Shown: in pieces, positions 19,245 through 28,311 of the stretch | Layout: each line of letters opens with the position of its first letter | Position numbering within the stretch: the stretch's first letter is position 1 | DNA from: an uncultured archaeon | GTDB lineage: Archaea; Thermoplasmatota; Poseidoniia; MGIII; CAYLMJ01 | Assembly (NCBI GenBank): GCA_964384995.1 | Contig: CAYLMJ010000008.1 | Location: 1,158 to 65,157, forward strand | Reading direction: 5' to 3' | Length of the DNA stretch: 64,000 nucleotides | Notes under the pieces: model-generated | What the model was told of the DNA's origin: nothing | Database searches by the model: none | What the model saw: the letters and a program-made list of their open reading frames with translations, nothing else | Translations under genes and position numbers: made by a program

Positions 19245-19256
19245 ATTTCGAAATAT
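19243..19256. promoter_or_regulatory. Perfect 14-bp palindrome ATATTTCGAAATAT at the arsR start codon (candidate ArsR operator)
   Basis: Read directly. Overlaps the last two bases (AT) of the arsR ATG. Confidence 0.5.
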
Positions 19257-19297
19257 AGAACTGAGTTACTTAAGTCTTTTCATGACGATCCCAGCAC

Positions 19298-20548
19298 CTA
19301 CATCCCGTCGACAACCACATCTCCACCCACGATCACCGTGCGAACCAGATTCACCCCGAAATGATAGGCGAGGTGGAGATGATTGGGGACCTTCAGAAGC
19401 AGAACATCGGCCCGCTTGCCTTGGGCCAGGCTCCCCCTGTCCGGGAGTCCCAGGGAATGGGCCGGGTTCAGGGTGGAGGCCACGATGGCCTCGGCCGGGG
19501 TCATCCTCATCCTGAAGACCCCCAGCTGAAGAGCCAACAGCATCGATTCGCTGTAGCAGTTGGGATTGAGGTCGGTGGCCAGGGCAACCGGAAGGCCCTC
19601 CTCGATCATGGTCCTGGCCTCCGGATAGTGGTCCGAAAAGAGGGCCAGGGGCGTCCCCGGCAGAAGGACACCCAAGGTACCCGCCTCCCTCATGGCCCCC
19701 ATGCTGGCCCGGGTGGTGAACTCCAGATGGTCGGCCGAGGCCGCACCCAGTTCGGCGGCCAGGCCACTGCCGCCCGAGTCGGCCAGCTCATCGGCGTGGA
19801 GCCTGGGGATCAGGCCAAGTTCCCGCCCCGTCTCAAGGATGCGCCTCGATTGGTCAACGGTGTAGACACCCTCCTCGCAGAAGACATCGCAATACCGAGC
19901 CAGCCCCTCCCGGGCTATCTGGGGGAGCATCTCGTTCACGACGAGATCTATATAAACCTCAGGTTCCACCTCAGGTGGAAATGCATGGGCTCCCAGGAAG
20001 GTGGGAACCAGCTCCACCGGCTGGTCCTGAGCCTCGTTCAGCGCTCTGACGACCCTCAGCTGTCGCACCTCGGTCTCCAGCTCAAGACCGTAGCCCGACT
20101 TGGCCTCGGCGGTGGTGGTGCCGTGGGCCAGCATGGTCTCCAATCGCTGGCGAGCCTGGGCTTCCAAGTCGGCCTGGGAGGCGGCCCGGGTCATCTTGAC
20201 GGTGGAGAGGATGCCGCCGCCCTCGGCCAGGATCTGGGAGTAGCTCTTGCCCTCCAGCTTCCATTGAAGTTCATGCTCCCGTGATCCGGCGAAGGGCAGA
20301 TGGGTATGACAGTCCACGAAGCCGGGCATGACCGTCATACCCGTGGCGTCCAGGACCCTCTCGGCCCGCCAACGAGCCTTCACCTCGTCGGTACCGCCCA
20401 CCTCCATGATGGTGTCGCCCCTGATTGCCAACGCCCCGTTGCGGATGATCTCCAGCTCTCCCTGGAGCTCACCTCCCTTGGCCTGACCGGGGTCGGGAAT
20501 GGTCAGCAGTTCGCTGGCGTTGCAGATGAGCAGGTCGCACTGGTCCAT
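19298..20548 (-). CDS. hutI: Imidazolonepropionase
   Basis: 416 aa. Motifs: PGFVDCHTHLPFAGSR and HGTTTAEAKSGYGL. Amidohydrolase fold. Confidence 0.85.
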   Translation of the reverse strand: MDQCDLLICNASELLTIPDPGQAKGGELQGELEIIRNGALAIRGDTIMEVGGTDEVKARWRAERVLDATGMTVMPGFVDCHTHLPFAGSREHELQWKLEGKSYSQILAEGGGILSTVKMTRAASQADLEAQARQRLETMLAHGTTTAEAKSGYGLELETEVRQLRVVRALNEAQDQPVELVPTFLGAHAFPPEVEPEVYIDLVVNEMLPQIAREGLARYCDVFCEEGVYTVDQSRRILETGRELGLIPRLHADELADSGGSGLAAELGAASADHLEFTTRASMGAMREAGTLGVLLPGTPLALFSDHYPEARTMIEEGLPVALATDLNPNCYSESMLLALQLGVFRMRMTPAEAIVASTLNPAHSLGLPDRGSLAQGKRADVLLLKVPNHLHLAYHFGVNLVRTVIVGGDVVVDGM

Positions 20549-20608
20549 GGCCGGTCATCCCCCAACCCATAAATAACGCCCACGGCCTGCCAACCCTCGA
20601 GGGCCCGC

Positions 20609-21898
20609 ATGCTCCCCATCAGCATCTTCCGCGATTCTCCCCAGCTGATCCTGGATGACCTGAAGAAACGAGGTCTCGCCCTCGAACTGGCCCAGGCGGT
20701 CATCGATGCCGACCTCCAATGGAGGCAATTCATCGATGAGGGCAACCATCTGCGCGCCCAGCGGAACAAGCTGTCCAAGCAGGTGGGACAGGCCTACAAG
20801 GATGGCGACACTGAAGCGGCCGAGGCCGGGAAGAACCAGATGGCCCAGATCAAGCAGAGACTGCCAGAGCTTGAAGGGGAGACCAAAGCGGCCCTGGAGA
20901 GCCGCGACGTCGCCAGGATGAACGTTCCCAACCTCCTTCACGAGTCGGTTCCGGTGGGCGAAGGAGAGGAGGACAACGTGGAACTGCGGCAGGTGGGCAA
21001 GAGACCCAGGTTCGACTTCGAGCCCCGGTCCCACAACGAGCTGTCGGATATGGTGGGCGGCGTTGACCTGGAGCGGGGGGCCAAGGTGGCCGGTGCCCGC
21101 TTCTTCTACCTGACCGGTGACCTGGCCCGACTGGACTTCGCCCTTCAGATGTACGCCATCGACCAACTTAGCCAGGCCGGCTACGGCCTGATCATCCCCC
21201 CCTATGTGATGAACCGGGACGCCTACGAGGGCGTCGTCTCCCTGGAGGATTTCCAGGAGGTGATGTACAAGGTTGAGGACCAGGACCTCTACCTCATCGC
21301 CACCTCCGAGCATCCCCTCATCGCCCGCTTCAAGGACGAGATCATCGAGCCCGCCTCTTTGCCCCTCAAATGCTGTGGCCTTTCAACCAATTTCCGCAAG
21401 GAGGCCGGGGCCCATGGCATGAGCGACCGGGGCATCTGGCGGGTGCGTCAGTTCAACAAGGTGGAACAGGTGGTCATCTGCGAGCCGGACGTATCATGGG
21501 ATATTCACGAGGAGCTACTGGCCAATGCCGAGGCCCTGTTCACCGGACTGGGACTGCCCTATCGCGTGGTCAACGTCTGCACCGGTGACATCGGCACCAT
21601 CGCCGCCAAAAAATACGACATGGAGGCCTGGATGCCCCACACCGGCGAGTACAAGGAGGTGGTCAGCGCCTCCAACTGCACCTCGTACCAAGCGGTCAGG
21701 CTCAACCTACGCTACCGGGGCAAGGGCGAGGAGGGCAATCCCCATCCTCACACCCTCAACTCAACGGCCATCGCCACCAGCCGGGCCCTGTGCGCCATCC
21801 TGGAGAACTGCCAGGAGGAGGACGGCGGCGTGGTGGTCCCCGAGGTGCTGAGGAGTTGGATGGGCGGGACTGAGAGGCTGGAACCCCTGTCCTGTTGA
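20609..21898 (+). CDS. serS: Seryl-tRNA synthetase
   Basis: N-terminal coiled-coil arm. Class II motifs: GARFFYLTGDLARLDFAL, FRKEAGAHG, and TLNSTAIATSRALCAILE. Confidence 0.9.
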   Translation: MLPISIFRDSPQLILDDLKKRGLALELAQAVIDADLQWRQFIDEGNHLRAQRNKLSKQVGQAYKDGDTEAAEAGKNQMAQIKQRLPELEGETKAALESRDVARMNVPNLLHESVPVGEGEEDNVELRQVGKRPRFDFEPRSHNELSDMVGGVDLERGAKVAGARFFYLTGDLARLDFALQMYAIDQLSQAGYGLIIPPYVMNRDAYEGVVSLEDFQEVMYKVEDQDLYLIATSEHPLIARFKDEIIEPASLPLKCCGLSTNFRKEAGAHGMSDRGIWRVRQFNKVEQVVICEPDVSWDIHEELLANAEALFTGLGLPYRVVNVCTGDIGTIAAKKYDMEAWMPHTGEYKEVVSASNCTSYQAVRLNLRYRGKGEEGNPHPHTLNSTAIATSRALCAILENCQEEDGGVVVPEVLRSWMGGTERLEPLSC

Positions 21899-21968
21899 AC
21901 CCGTCACCTGTGAACTGGCCGGGTCAGGATCCCTGGAAGCTGTCTGTCCCCATGAACGCCACAATCCC

Positions 21969-21978
21969 TTTTATTTTA
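21969..21978 (+). promoter_or_regulatory. TATA-like box (TTTTATTTTA) about 29 nt upstream of the ATG at 22003
   Basis: AT-rich element in GC-rich DNA at archaeal promoter spacing. Implies a leaderless or short-leader mRNA. Confidence 0.4.
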
Positions 21979-22002
21979 GGCCACCCTAAAACATTTGATA
22001 CA

Positions 22003-22560
22003 ATGGCCAGAACCTCAAAGCAACCATCACATGAACCGATAAACACCAGATTGCTGGGAGGCGCGACCCTCTCCGTCATCGGCGTGGTGGCAGTCGTCCT
22101 GCTGTTCGTCTCGCCCGGATACCTGCTGAGCTCGACCCCCGACGTGGGCGATCCCGCTCCCGACTTCACCGTGGCGACCTCCGATGGTGGCGAGTTCACC
22201 CTATCCCAGCAGAAGGGCAACGTGGTGGTCGTCGAGTTCATGGCCATCTACTGCAGTGTCTGCCGCAACCAGCAGGTGCCTGCCCTCATCGACCTTCAGG
22301 AGGAACTGGCCAACGAGTCCGTCATAATCGTCTCGGTCACAACCAAGGATGACGACACGGCCGGTGAGCTGGAGCAGTACAAGCAGGACACCGGCGCCAT
22401 GTGGCCCCACGGCCTCTACGACAGTGAGGCCAAGGACGATTATGGTGCCATCGGTACACCCACCATGGCCGTTGTGGACAGCGAGGGCGAGCTGGCCTTC
22501 ATTGAGCGGGGCTTTGTAGGCAAGGATGAGCTCACGAGTGTGATCGAACCATTGCTCTGA
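22003..22560 (+). CDS. Membrane-anchored TlpA/ResA-like thioredoxin (CSVC)
   Basis: Start at MARTSKQ. One TM helix. Motif: APDFTVATSDGGEFTLSQQKGNVVVVEFMAIYCSVC. Confidence 0.75.
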   Translation: MARTSKQPSHEPINTRLLGGATLSVIGVVAVVLLFVSPGYLLSSTPDVGDPAPDFTVATSDGGEFTLSQQKGNVVVVEFMAIYCSVCRNQQVPALIDLQEELANESVIIVSVTTKDDDTAGELEQYKQDTGAMWPHGLYDSEAKDDYGAIGTPTMAVVDSEGELAFIERGFVGKDELTSVIEPLL

Positions 22561-22925
22561 TGCGAATATGCGAAGATGCTATGATGCTGTTATCCCAGAA
22601 GTTTGTCCCACGATGTCGACTGGTCTCGATGCGCAATCTGCTACGCTTGTCCCCCCTTGTCATCCATATTTCCATCCCCGCTCCGTTGGATGTTCATGTC
22701 CAGCATTTTGAACAAACCCTTAACATCGAGAAGGCCCGATGAAGGTCCGATAGGATGAGCAAGTACCGTTCTCGTTCCGGTGCCCGTCCCCGCGCCCGCT
22801 CCCATCCCCCTCCCTCGGTGAGAAGCCGGCGGAGATCAGGTGGCAGGCCCGGTCATCCCTTCCCCCATACCCTTCAACAGCCATCCCGTCGGGGACGAGC
22901 GAGACAGGAGGCTCGCGAGTACCAC

Positions 22926-23468
22926 ATGAAGCGCGCAGGAATGCGCTGGGGGTCTGTCATCGGGGGCACATTGCTGACCCTGGTGCTCCTGGTGGCCCTC
23001 GCCGCTGGGGTCCAGTACTACCTGGATCTGCCGACCGATCCCGAGCCGGAGAAGGAGTATGCCATGGCCGCCGATTTCACCGTGCAGACCTCCGACGGTG
23101 GCTCCTTCACCCTTTCCCAGCAACGAGGCAAGGCCGTTCTCGTTGAGTTCATGTGGACCGGCTGTTCGGCCTGTGAAACCCAGTTGACGGCCCTGAAGAA
23201 CATCCATGCCGATTACCAGGATCGCGAGTTCGAGCTCTTCGCTCTGAGTGTCAGCACCTCGGACTCGGCACAGGACCTGGAGGACTACAAGTTCGACCAC
23301 GAGGCTTCCTGGCTTCACGGCCTCCACCAGTCACAGCCCGTGAATGATTACGGGGTCCAGGGCACACCCACCCTGGCACTTGTGGACCAGGAGGGCCATC
23401 TGGTCAAGAAGTGGAGCGGGGTCAGGTCAGAGGACGAACTGCGGGCCGCCATCGAGGAGCTAATGTGA
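22926..23468 (+). CDS. Membrane-anchored TlpA/ResA-like thioredoxin (CSAC), paralog
   Basis: Start at MKRAGMRW with ACAGGAGG upstream. One TM helix. Motif: ADFTVQTSDGGSFTLSQQRGKAVLVEFMWTGCSAC. Confidence 0.75.
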   Translation: MKRAGMRWGSVIGGTLLTLVLLVALAAGVQYYLDLPTDPEPEKEYAMAADFTVQTSDGGSFTLSQQRGKAVLVEFMWTGCSACETQLTALKNIHADYQDREFELFALSVSTSDSAQDLEDYKFDHEASWLHGLHQSQPVNDYGVQGTPTLALVDQEGHLVKKWSGVRSEDELRAAIEELM

Positions 23469-23548
23469 TATCCCTCGGTTGACCTATCGAACCACTGACC
23501 CATTTGATCCATTGATCCATTACACAATTGTTCCGTTGACCCCCAAGG

Positions 23549-23556
23549 TATAATAT
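23549..23556 (+). promoter_or_regulatory. TATA-like box (TATAATAT) about 24 nt upstream of the ATG at 23577
   Basis: Position and composition only. Confidence 0.4.
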
Positions 23557-23576
23557 CGAAACAGGCTGGCCTCCCC

Positions 23577-24305
23577 ATGTCCTGCCTGCTGGAGGCCCGG
23601 GGCCTCGGCTACACTACACCTGACAGAACCAGACTGCTCCATGAAGTGAACTTCGCCCTCCACCAGGGCGAGACCCTGGCAGTGGTCGGCCCTTCGGGTG
23701 GCGGCAAGACCACTCTCCTGCGCTGTCTCAACCGGCTGCTGGAGCCCACGACCGGCACCCTGCGGCTCCACGAGCGCGATTACGATGAGTATCCGGTGAC
23801 CCAACTCCGGCGCAAGATCGGCCTGGTCTTCCAGCTGCCGGCCCTCTTTCCAGGCACAGTGGCCGACAACGCCGCCTTCGGGCCCCGACTGCGGGGTCTC
23901 GAGGATGAGGCCGGGACCGAGCTGGCCCGCAAAGCCCTGGAGGATGTGGGACTGGCCGACCGGGCGGACCAGCAGGCCGACACTCTCTCGGTGGGGCAGG
24001 CCCAGCGGCTCTGCCTGGCCCGGGCCCTGGCCAACGGCCCCGAGGTCCTGCTTCTGGACGAGCCCACCGCCGCCCTGGACAAGGAGTCGGCGGCGACTGT
24101 CGAGGCCCTGCTGTTGAAGCTCAAGGCCGACTGGAACCTGGCCTGGGTGGTGGTCTCCCACGATGAGCCCCAGGGACTCCGCCTGGCCGACCGGGCCCTG
24201 CGTCTTGAGGAGGGCCGGATGGTAGCTGAGGGTCTTGCCGACGAGATTCTAAGGGTCGGCGGCACCGACGAGGGACCGTCCGATGGAAAGGGGGTCGGAC
24301 CATGA
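23577..24305 (+). CDS. ABC transporter ATP-binding protein (FetA/YbbL-like)
   Basis: Walker A GPSGGGKTT. Signature LSVGQAQR. Walker B LLLDEPTAALD. Confidence 0.85.
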   Translation: MSCLLEARGLGYTTPDRTRLLHEVNFALHQGETLAVVGPSGGGKTTLLRCLNRLLEPTTGTLRLHERDYDEYPVTQLRRKIGLVFQLPALFPGTVADNAAFGPRLRGLEDEAGTELARKALEDVGLADRADQQADTLSVGQAQRLCLARALANGPEVLLLDEPTAALDKESAATVEALLLKLKADWNLAWVVVSHDEPQGLRLADRALRLEEGRMVAEGLADEILRVGGTDEGPSDGKGVGP

Positions 24306-25105
24306 TCCCCGGCGACTGGTGGGATGGTGGCCTCTGGAATCTGGTGGTGACCCTGGCCCTGGCCATCACCGTGCTTCTGCTGGTCCGCTGGCGCAAGCTG
24401 CAGGTGGAGCCGGAGCTGGCCATCAGCGGCATCCGGGCCACGGTCCAGTTGCTGGCGATGGCCCTGCTCCTGGTGGCCATCTTCAACGCCGATTCCCTCT
24501 TCGAGCTCATGGGCACAGGGGCCGATATCTGGTTCTCGGTGGTGGTCCTCATCTGCATGGGTCTCTTCGCGGCCCACACCTCGGCCCAGCGGGCAAGGCC
24601 CATGCCCCGGCCCCTTCAACCCGCCCTTGTCGGGGTGTTATGCGGTCCCGGTCTGGTACTGCTCTTTCTGGCCCTCACCGGAGGCCTGCCCCTGAAGGCC
24701 ACCTTCATCATCCCCGTGGGCAGCATGGCCATCGGCAACGGCATGGTCATCAACAGCCTGACCCTGGACCGGCTCAAGGCCGAGGTCAGGTCCAACAGGG
24801 CCCGATTGGAGGCCACCCTGGCCCTGGGCGCAACCGGGGTCCAGGCCCTGGCCCCCCAGCAAAGGGAGGCTCTCCAGGCCTCGCTCATCCCCTACCTGGA
24901 CCGGCTAAAGACCCTGGGACTGGTGTGGATCCCGGGAGCCATGACCGGCATGCTCCTGGCCGGGGAGGACCCCATCTGGGCCGCCACCTTCCAGGTGCTC
25001 ATCATGTTCATGGTGATGCTCTCGGGCCTGGCCAGCGCCATGGCCACCGCCATCCTCATGGGACGGAAGCTCTTCACCGAGAACGAGCAGCTTGTGGAGT
25101 TCTGA
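24302..25105 (+). CDS. UPF0014/FetB (YbbM)-like ABC permease
   Basis: ATGA overlap with the ATPase gene. Motif: GSMAIGNGMVINSLTLDRL ... LGLVWIPGAMTGMLLAGEDP. Confidence 0.75.
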   Translation: MIPGDWWDGGLWNLVVTLALAITVLLLVRWRKLQVEPELAISGIRATVQLLAMALLLVAIFNADSLFELMGTGADIWFSVVVLICMGLFAAHTSAQRARPMPRPLQPALVGVLCGPGLVLLFLALTGGLPLKATFIIPVGSMAIGNGMVINSLTLDRLKAEVRSNRARLEATLALGATGVQALAPQQREALQASLIPYLDRLKTLGLVWIPGAMTGMLLAGEDPIWAATFQVLIMFMVMLSGLASAMATAILMGRKLFTENEQLVEF

Positions 25106-25220
25106 ACCAGGCCAGCAACGGCTGTATCGGTATCAGTAGGGAGGGAGGCTTCTGGATGATGGGGAGCCCTGGGTTTACGGGGGATCAGGGTGCTCACTGG
25201 CTGGGATGGACCCGGTCTGC

Positions 25221-27608
25221 CTAATCCTTCTCGTCCTCTTCGGCCTCGTCCCCTTCCAGGTAGTAGTAGCGGTCCTCGTAACCCGGGTCCAGGGGCAGGG
25301 CCACCTGCAGTTCCAGGGTGTCCAGGTCGTGGACGGTGACGCCGCCGGCGCCGATGGCGTAGATGTAGTCGCCCATGAAGATGGAGCGCCGGATGTTGTA
25401 ACCCCAGCTGTACTCCCAGAGCCGGTCGGTGTCATCGTAGAGGCCTGACTGGTCCACCTCGCCGTAGACCGTGAGGTTCTCGCCGGGCACCGCGTTGATG
25501 AGCATCAGCTTGCTGACGTACTCGTAGTGGTAGCGGTAGTAGCCCCGTTCATCATCGTAGTCGTAGTAGTAGTGATAGGTGGACAGGGGGATGGCCAGCA
25601 GGTCCTTGGGGGCCCAGTACTGGAAGGCCTTGTGCTCGTAGGTGGCCTCGCTGTTGGACCAGGACCACTCCTTGGTACCATCGTCCACCACCGGTGTCAG
25701 GGGCAGGGCGTTCATCAGCTGGGGGTCGGAGAAATCGGTGACATCGAACTGGGATACCTGGGTGATGCGCCAGTCCAGGTTGTCCCCCTCGGCGTTGGGG
25801 CCGATACCGATGGTCAGCAGGTGCTCGTCGCCCATGGGATGGATGTAGGTGGAGACCCCGGGGACCTCCAGCTCGCCCTTGATCTCGGGCTTCAGGGGGT
25901 TGGAGAGGTCGATGGTCCACAGGGGGTCGATGTTGCGGAAGGTGACCAGGTAGGCCTTCTCTCCCACGAAGCGGGAGGACCAGATGCGCTCGCCGATGGC
26001 GATGCCGCTAAGATGTGACATCTGGGCCAGGTAGCCCTCGCCCTCCTGGGTCTCATGCTGGGCCGGGGCCAGGACCCAGATGTGGTTCTCGGGTCCGGTC
26101 TGCTCCTCGGCGTCCAGCCACCAGCGGTTCCATTGACCGGAGGTGGTGGCGATGCGCAAGAAGCCCTGGTACTCGGAGAGGGAGAACTGGTCCAGCACCG
26201 TGCCTTTCACCCGGCCGCTGCCCACGTAGGTCGTGACACCAGGCTCCTTGATGTTGAAGCTGTGGATGTTGGTGGCCTCCTCGTAGGCGTCGTTGCGCCA
26301 GAACCACCACCAGTCCTGGGCCCGCTCGGCGATGAGCAGGGTGTCGGTGGAGGCGTAGACCTCGGCCCAGTTGGACATGATGTGGTCGGCCTCGTAGCCG
26401 AAGGCATCGCCGTAGAGGTCCAGGGTGAAGATGGAGGTGAATCCACGGCTCATGCCGTCCTCGGCGATGACGAAGTCGGAGCACTCGTTGGCCGTGTACT
26501 TGTGGATGTGGAGGTTGCCATCAGGCAGTCTCTCGTAGATCTGGGGCACCAGTTCGTCCAGGGTGTAGCCGGCGATGACCTCCTCGTTGTGGGCTATGGT
26601 GGCGGCGATGCTCTCATTCCAGGCACGGTCGAGCTCGTCCTCTTCCAGCTCCCAGTATCGCTCGGGCATGAATGAATAGGGTGAATAGTAAAGATCGTAG
26701 GTGTCCAGGTAGCCGTAGGTGACCATGCGCACTGTGCCCTCCACTTCCCGGGCCGTCTTGTACCAGCCCTCCATGTAGAGCTCCCGGGCCACCTGGGGAG
26801 TAGTGCGGTCGGTGACATCGATGACGGTGACCTTGGTGAGGGTGGTGGTGCGCCACCAGTACTGCTCATCGTCGCGGACCAGCAGGTCGCGCAGGGGACC
26901 CTCGGGAAGGTTGTAGCCGTAGACCGAGGAGAAGACCACCAGCCAGTCGTTGGCCATGAGCATCTGGGTGGGTGAGCCCTCCAGATCGGTGGTGGATTCG
27001 TGGTTCAGCTGGCCGAACTCGGGTACCCCCAGGATCTCCAGCTTGCGGCCGTTGATCATGTAGATGTAGTAGCCATCGGTCTTGACGAAGTCGGCCTCGT
27101 CCACGCCCTGCTCCTGGTTGTTGGTCCCTGAGTAGTCCTCGCCCTCGACGCGCTTCTCGCCGCCGCCGGCCTGGGGTGCGCCGCCATCCATGGCGTTCTC
27201 CTCAAGGTCACCCCCCAAGAAGACATCGTCATCGCCCCAGCGCCAGTAGCTGTAGCGGGAGGTGCCCACATCGACCAGCATCTCCTCGCGGATGTTCTCC
27301 CTGAGGTCCTCCTCCATCACCGCGCAGGAGTCGTAGCCCCTCAGGTTGGCCGAGCTCATCTGACGTTCGGCCAGCAGGGGGGCGATGATGTCGGCCGGGT
27401 CGTCCGCCGGTCCGAAGTAGGGTCCGTCCTCGTCGGAATCGAGGTAGTACATTACTCCCAGGCTGCTTGCCAGCAGGGTGACCAGCATGCAGGTGGCCAG
27501 CAGTTGGGTGAACTGGGGCCTGGGCCTGGGAACCGGCCAGGGATGTTCAGGGCGCATCGCTCGGGGGGTCTGGAGCGTTTCACCGAATATCTGGATGGGG
27601 TTGGACAT
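25221..27608 (-). CDS. Large membrane-anchored/secreted beta-propeller-domain protein
   Basis: Start at MSNPIQ with GGAGG upstream. N-terminal TM anchor. W/Y/D-rich repeats with an acidic C-terminus. Resembles the Beta_propel (PF09826-like) family, by eye only. Confidence 0.6.
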   Translation of the reverse strand: MSNPIQIFGETLQTPRAMRPEHPWPVPRPRPQFTQLLATCMLVTLLASSLGVMYYLDSDEDGPYFGPADDPADIIAPLLAERQMSSANLRGYDSCAVMEEDLRENIREEMLVDVGTSRYSYWRWGDDDVFLGGDLEENAMDGGAPQAGGGEKRVEGEDYSGTNNQEQGVDEADFVKTDGYYIYMINGRKLEILGVPEFGQLNHESTTDLEGSPTQMLMANDWLVVFSSVYGYNLPEGPLRDLLVRDDEQYWWRTTTLTKVTVIDVTDRTTPQVARELYMEGWYKTAREVEGTVRMVTYGYLDTYDLYYSPYSFMPERYWELEEDELDRAWNESIAATIAHNEEVIAGYTLDELVPQIYERLPDGNLHIHKYTANECSDFVIAEDGMSRGFTSIFTLDLYGDAFGYEADHIMSNWAEVYASTDTLLIAERAQDWWWFWRNDAYEEATNIHSFNIKEPGVTTYVGSGRVKGTVLDQFSLSEYQGFLRIATTSGQWNRWWLDAEEQTGPENHIWVLAPAQHETQEGEGYLAQMSHLSGIAIGERIWSSRFVGEKAYLVTFRNIDPLWTIDLSNPLKPEIKGELEVPGVSTYIHPMGDEHLLTIGIGPNAEGDNLDWRITQVSQFDVTDFSDPQLMNALPLTPVVDDGTKEWSWSNSEATYEHKAFQYWAPKDLLAIPLSTYHYYYDYDDERGYYRYHYEYVSKLMLINAVPGENLTVYGEVDQSGLYDDTDRLWEYSWGYNIRRSIFMGDYIYAIGAGGVTVHDLDTLELQVALPLDPGYEDRYYYLEGDEAEEDEKD

Positions 27609-27702
27609 GGAATGGCCTCCGCCAATGGTCAATTCAGCCCCTGGAACTATATAATAAAATGCCAAAGAATTTTGGAGGTCCGCAGGGGTGTCCAGCCCTA
27701 TA

Positions 27703-27728
27703 TAGCCCAATAGCCCAATTAGCCCAAT
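27703..27728. repeat. Tandem TAGCCCAA(T) x3 upstream of the beta-propeller gene promoter
   Basis: tagcccaa tagcccaat tagcccaat read directly. A TATA-like element (TTTTATTATATAG on the minus strand) lies at about 27644-27658. Confidence 0.8.
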
Positions 27729-27754
27729 AACAGCCCTCTAAGTGCCCAGGCCCT

Positions 27755-28165
27755 CTAGGGGTACTCGTCCCGCAGGCGGATGGTGAAGAGGCGCAGAAGG
27801 GTCAGTATGGACTCCTCCAGGACCTCGTTGTCGGGCACCGTCTTCTGGCTCAGGTCCAGTCCCCTGGCTATCTGCTCGATCATCTTCTGGGAGATGAGGG
27901 TCTTGGTCAGGTTCTTGTACAGCTTCCGGTCGGAGAAGGCCGCCTGGGCCCGGTACAGCTTGCCGTCGAAGAGCAGTTGACCGTTGGCCACCAGCTTGTC
28001 GATGTGGTAGTCCACCAGCTGGGAGGAGATGTCTGCAACCTCAGCAATGCGCCGCTTGGAGGCCGGCTCACCGAGCTTGATGGCGGCGAACAGTATCTTG
28101 AAGAGGGCGTCGCTCATCGGCGGCTGGTTGCGCAGGAGCAGTTCGATGTTACCTGACTCATCCAT
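27755..28165 (-). CDS. Winged-helix DNA-binding protein (putative transcription regulator)
   Basis: 136 aa. wHTH pattern: LFKILFAAIKLGEPASKRRIAEVADISSQLVDYHIDKLVANGQL. Confidence 0.55.
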   Translation of the reverse strand: MDESGNIELLLRNQPPMSDALFKILFAAIKLGEPASKRRIAEVADISSQLVDYHIDKLVANGQLLFDGKLYRAQAAFSDRKLYKNLTKTLISQKMIEQIARGLDLSQKTVPDNEVLEESILTLLRLFTIRLRDEYP

Positions 28166-28311
28166 GGTTGGATTCTACCCAAATGGCGACATTACCATTT
28201 GAAGTTTGCCAATGGACCCCGCGTTCAGCAAGGAAACCGGCCAACCGGCCTCCTGAGCCGCCTCCAATGCCCCCGAACCGCCCCATGAAAGGTTGCAATG
28301 CCGATCCGGCG

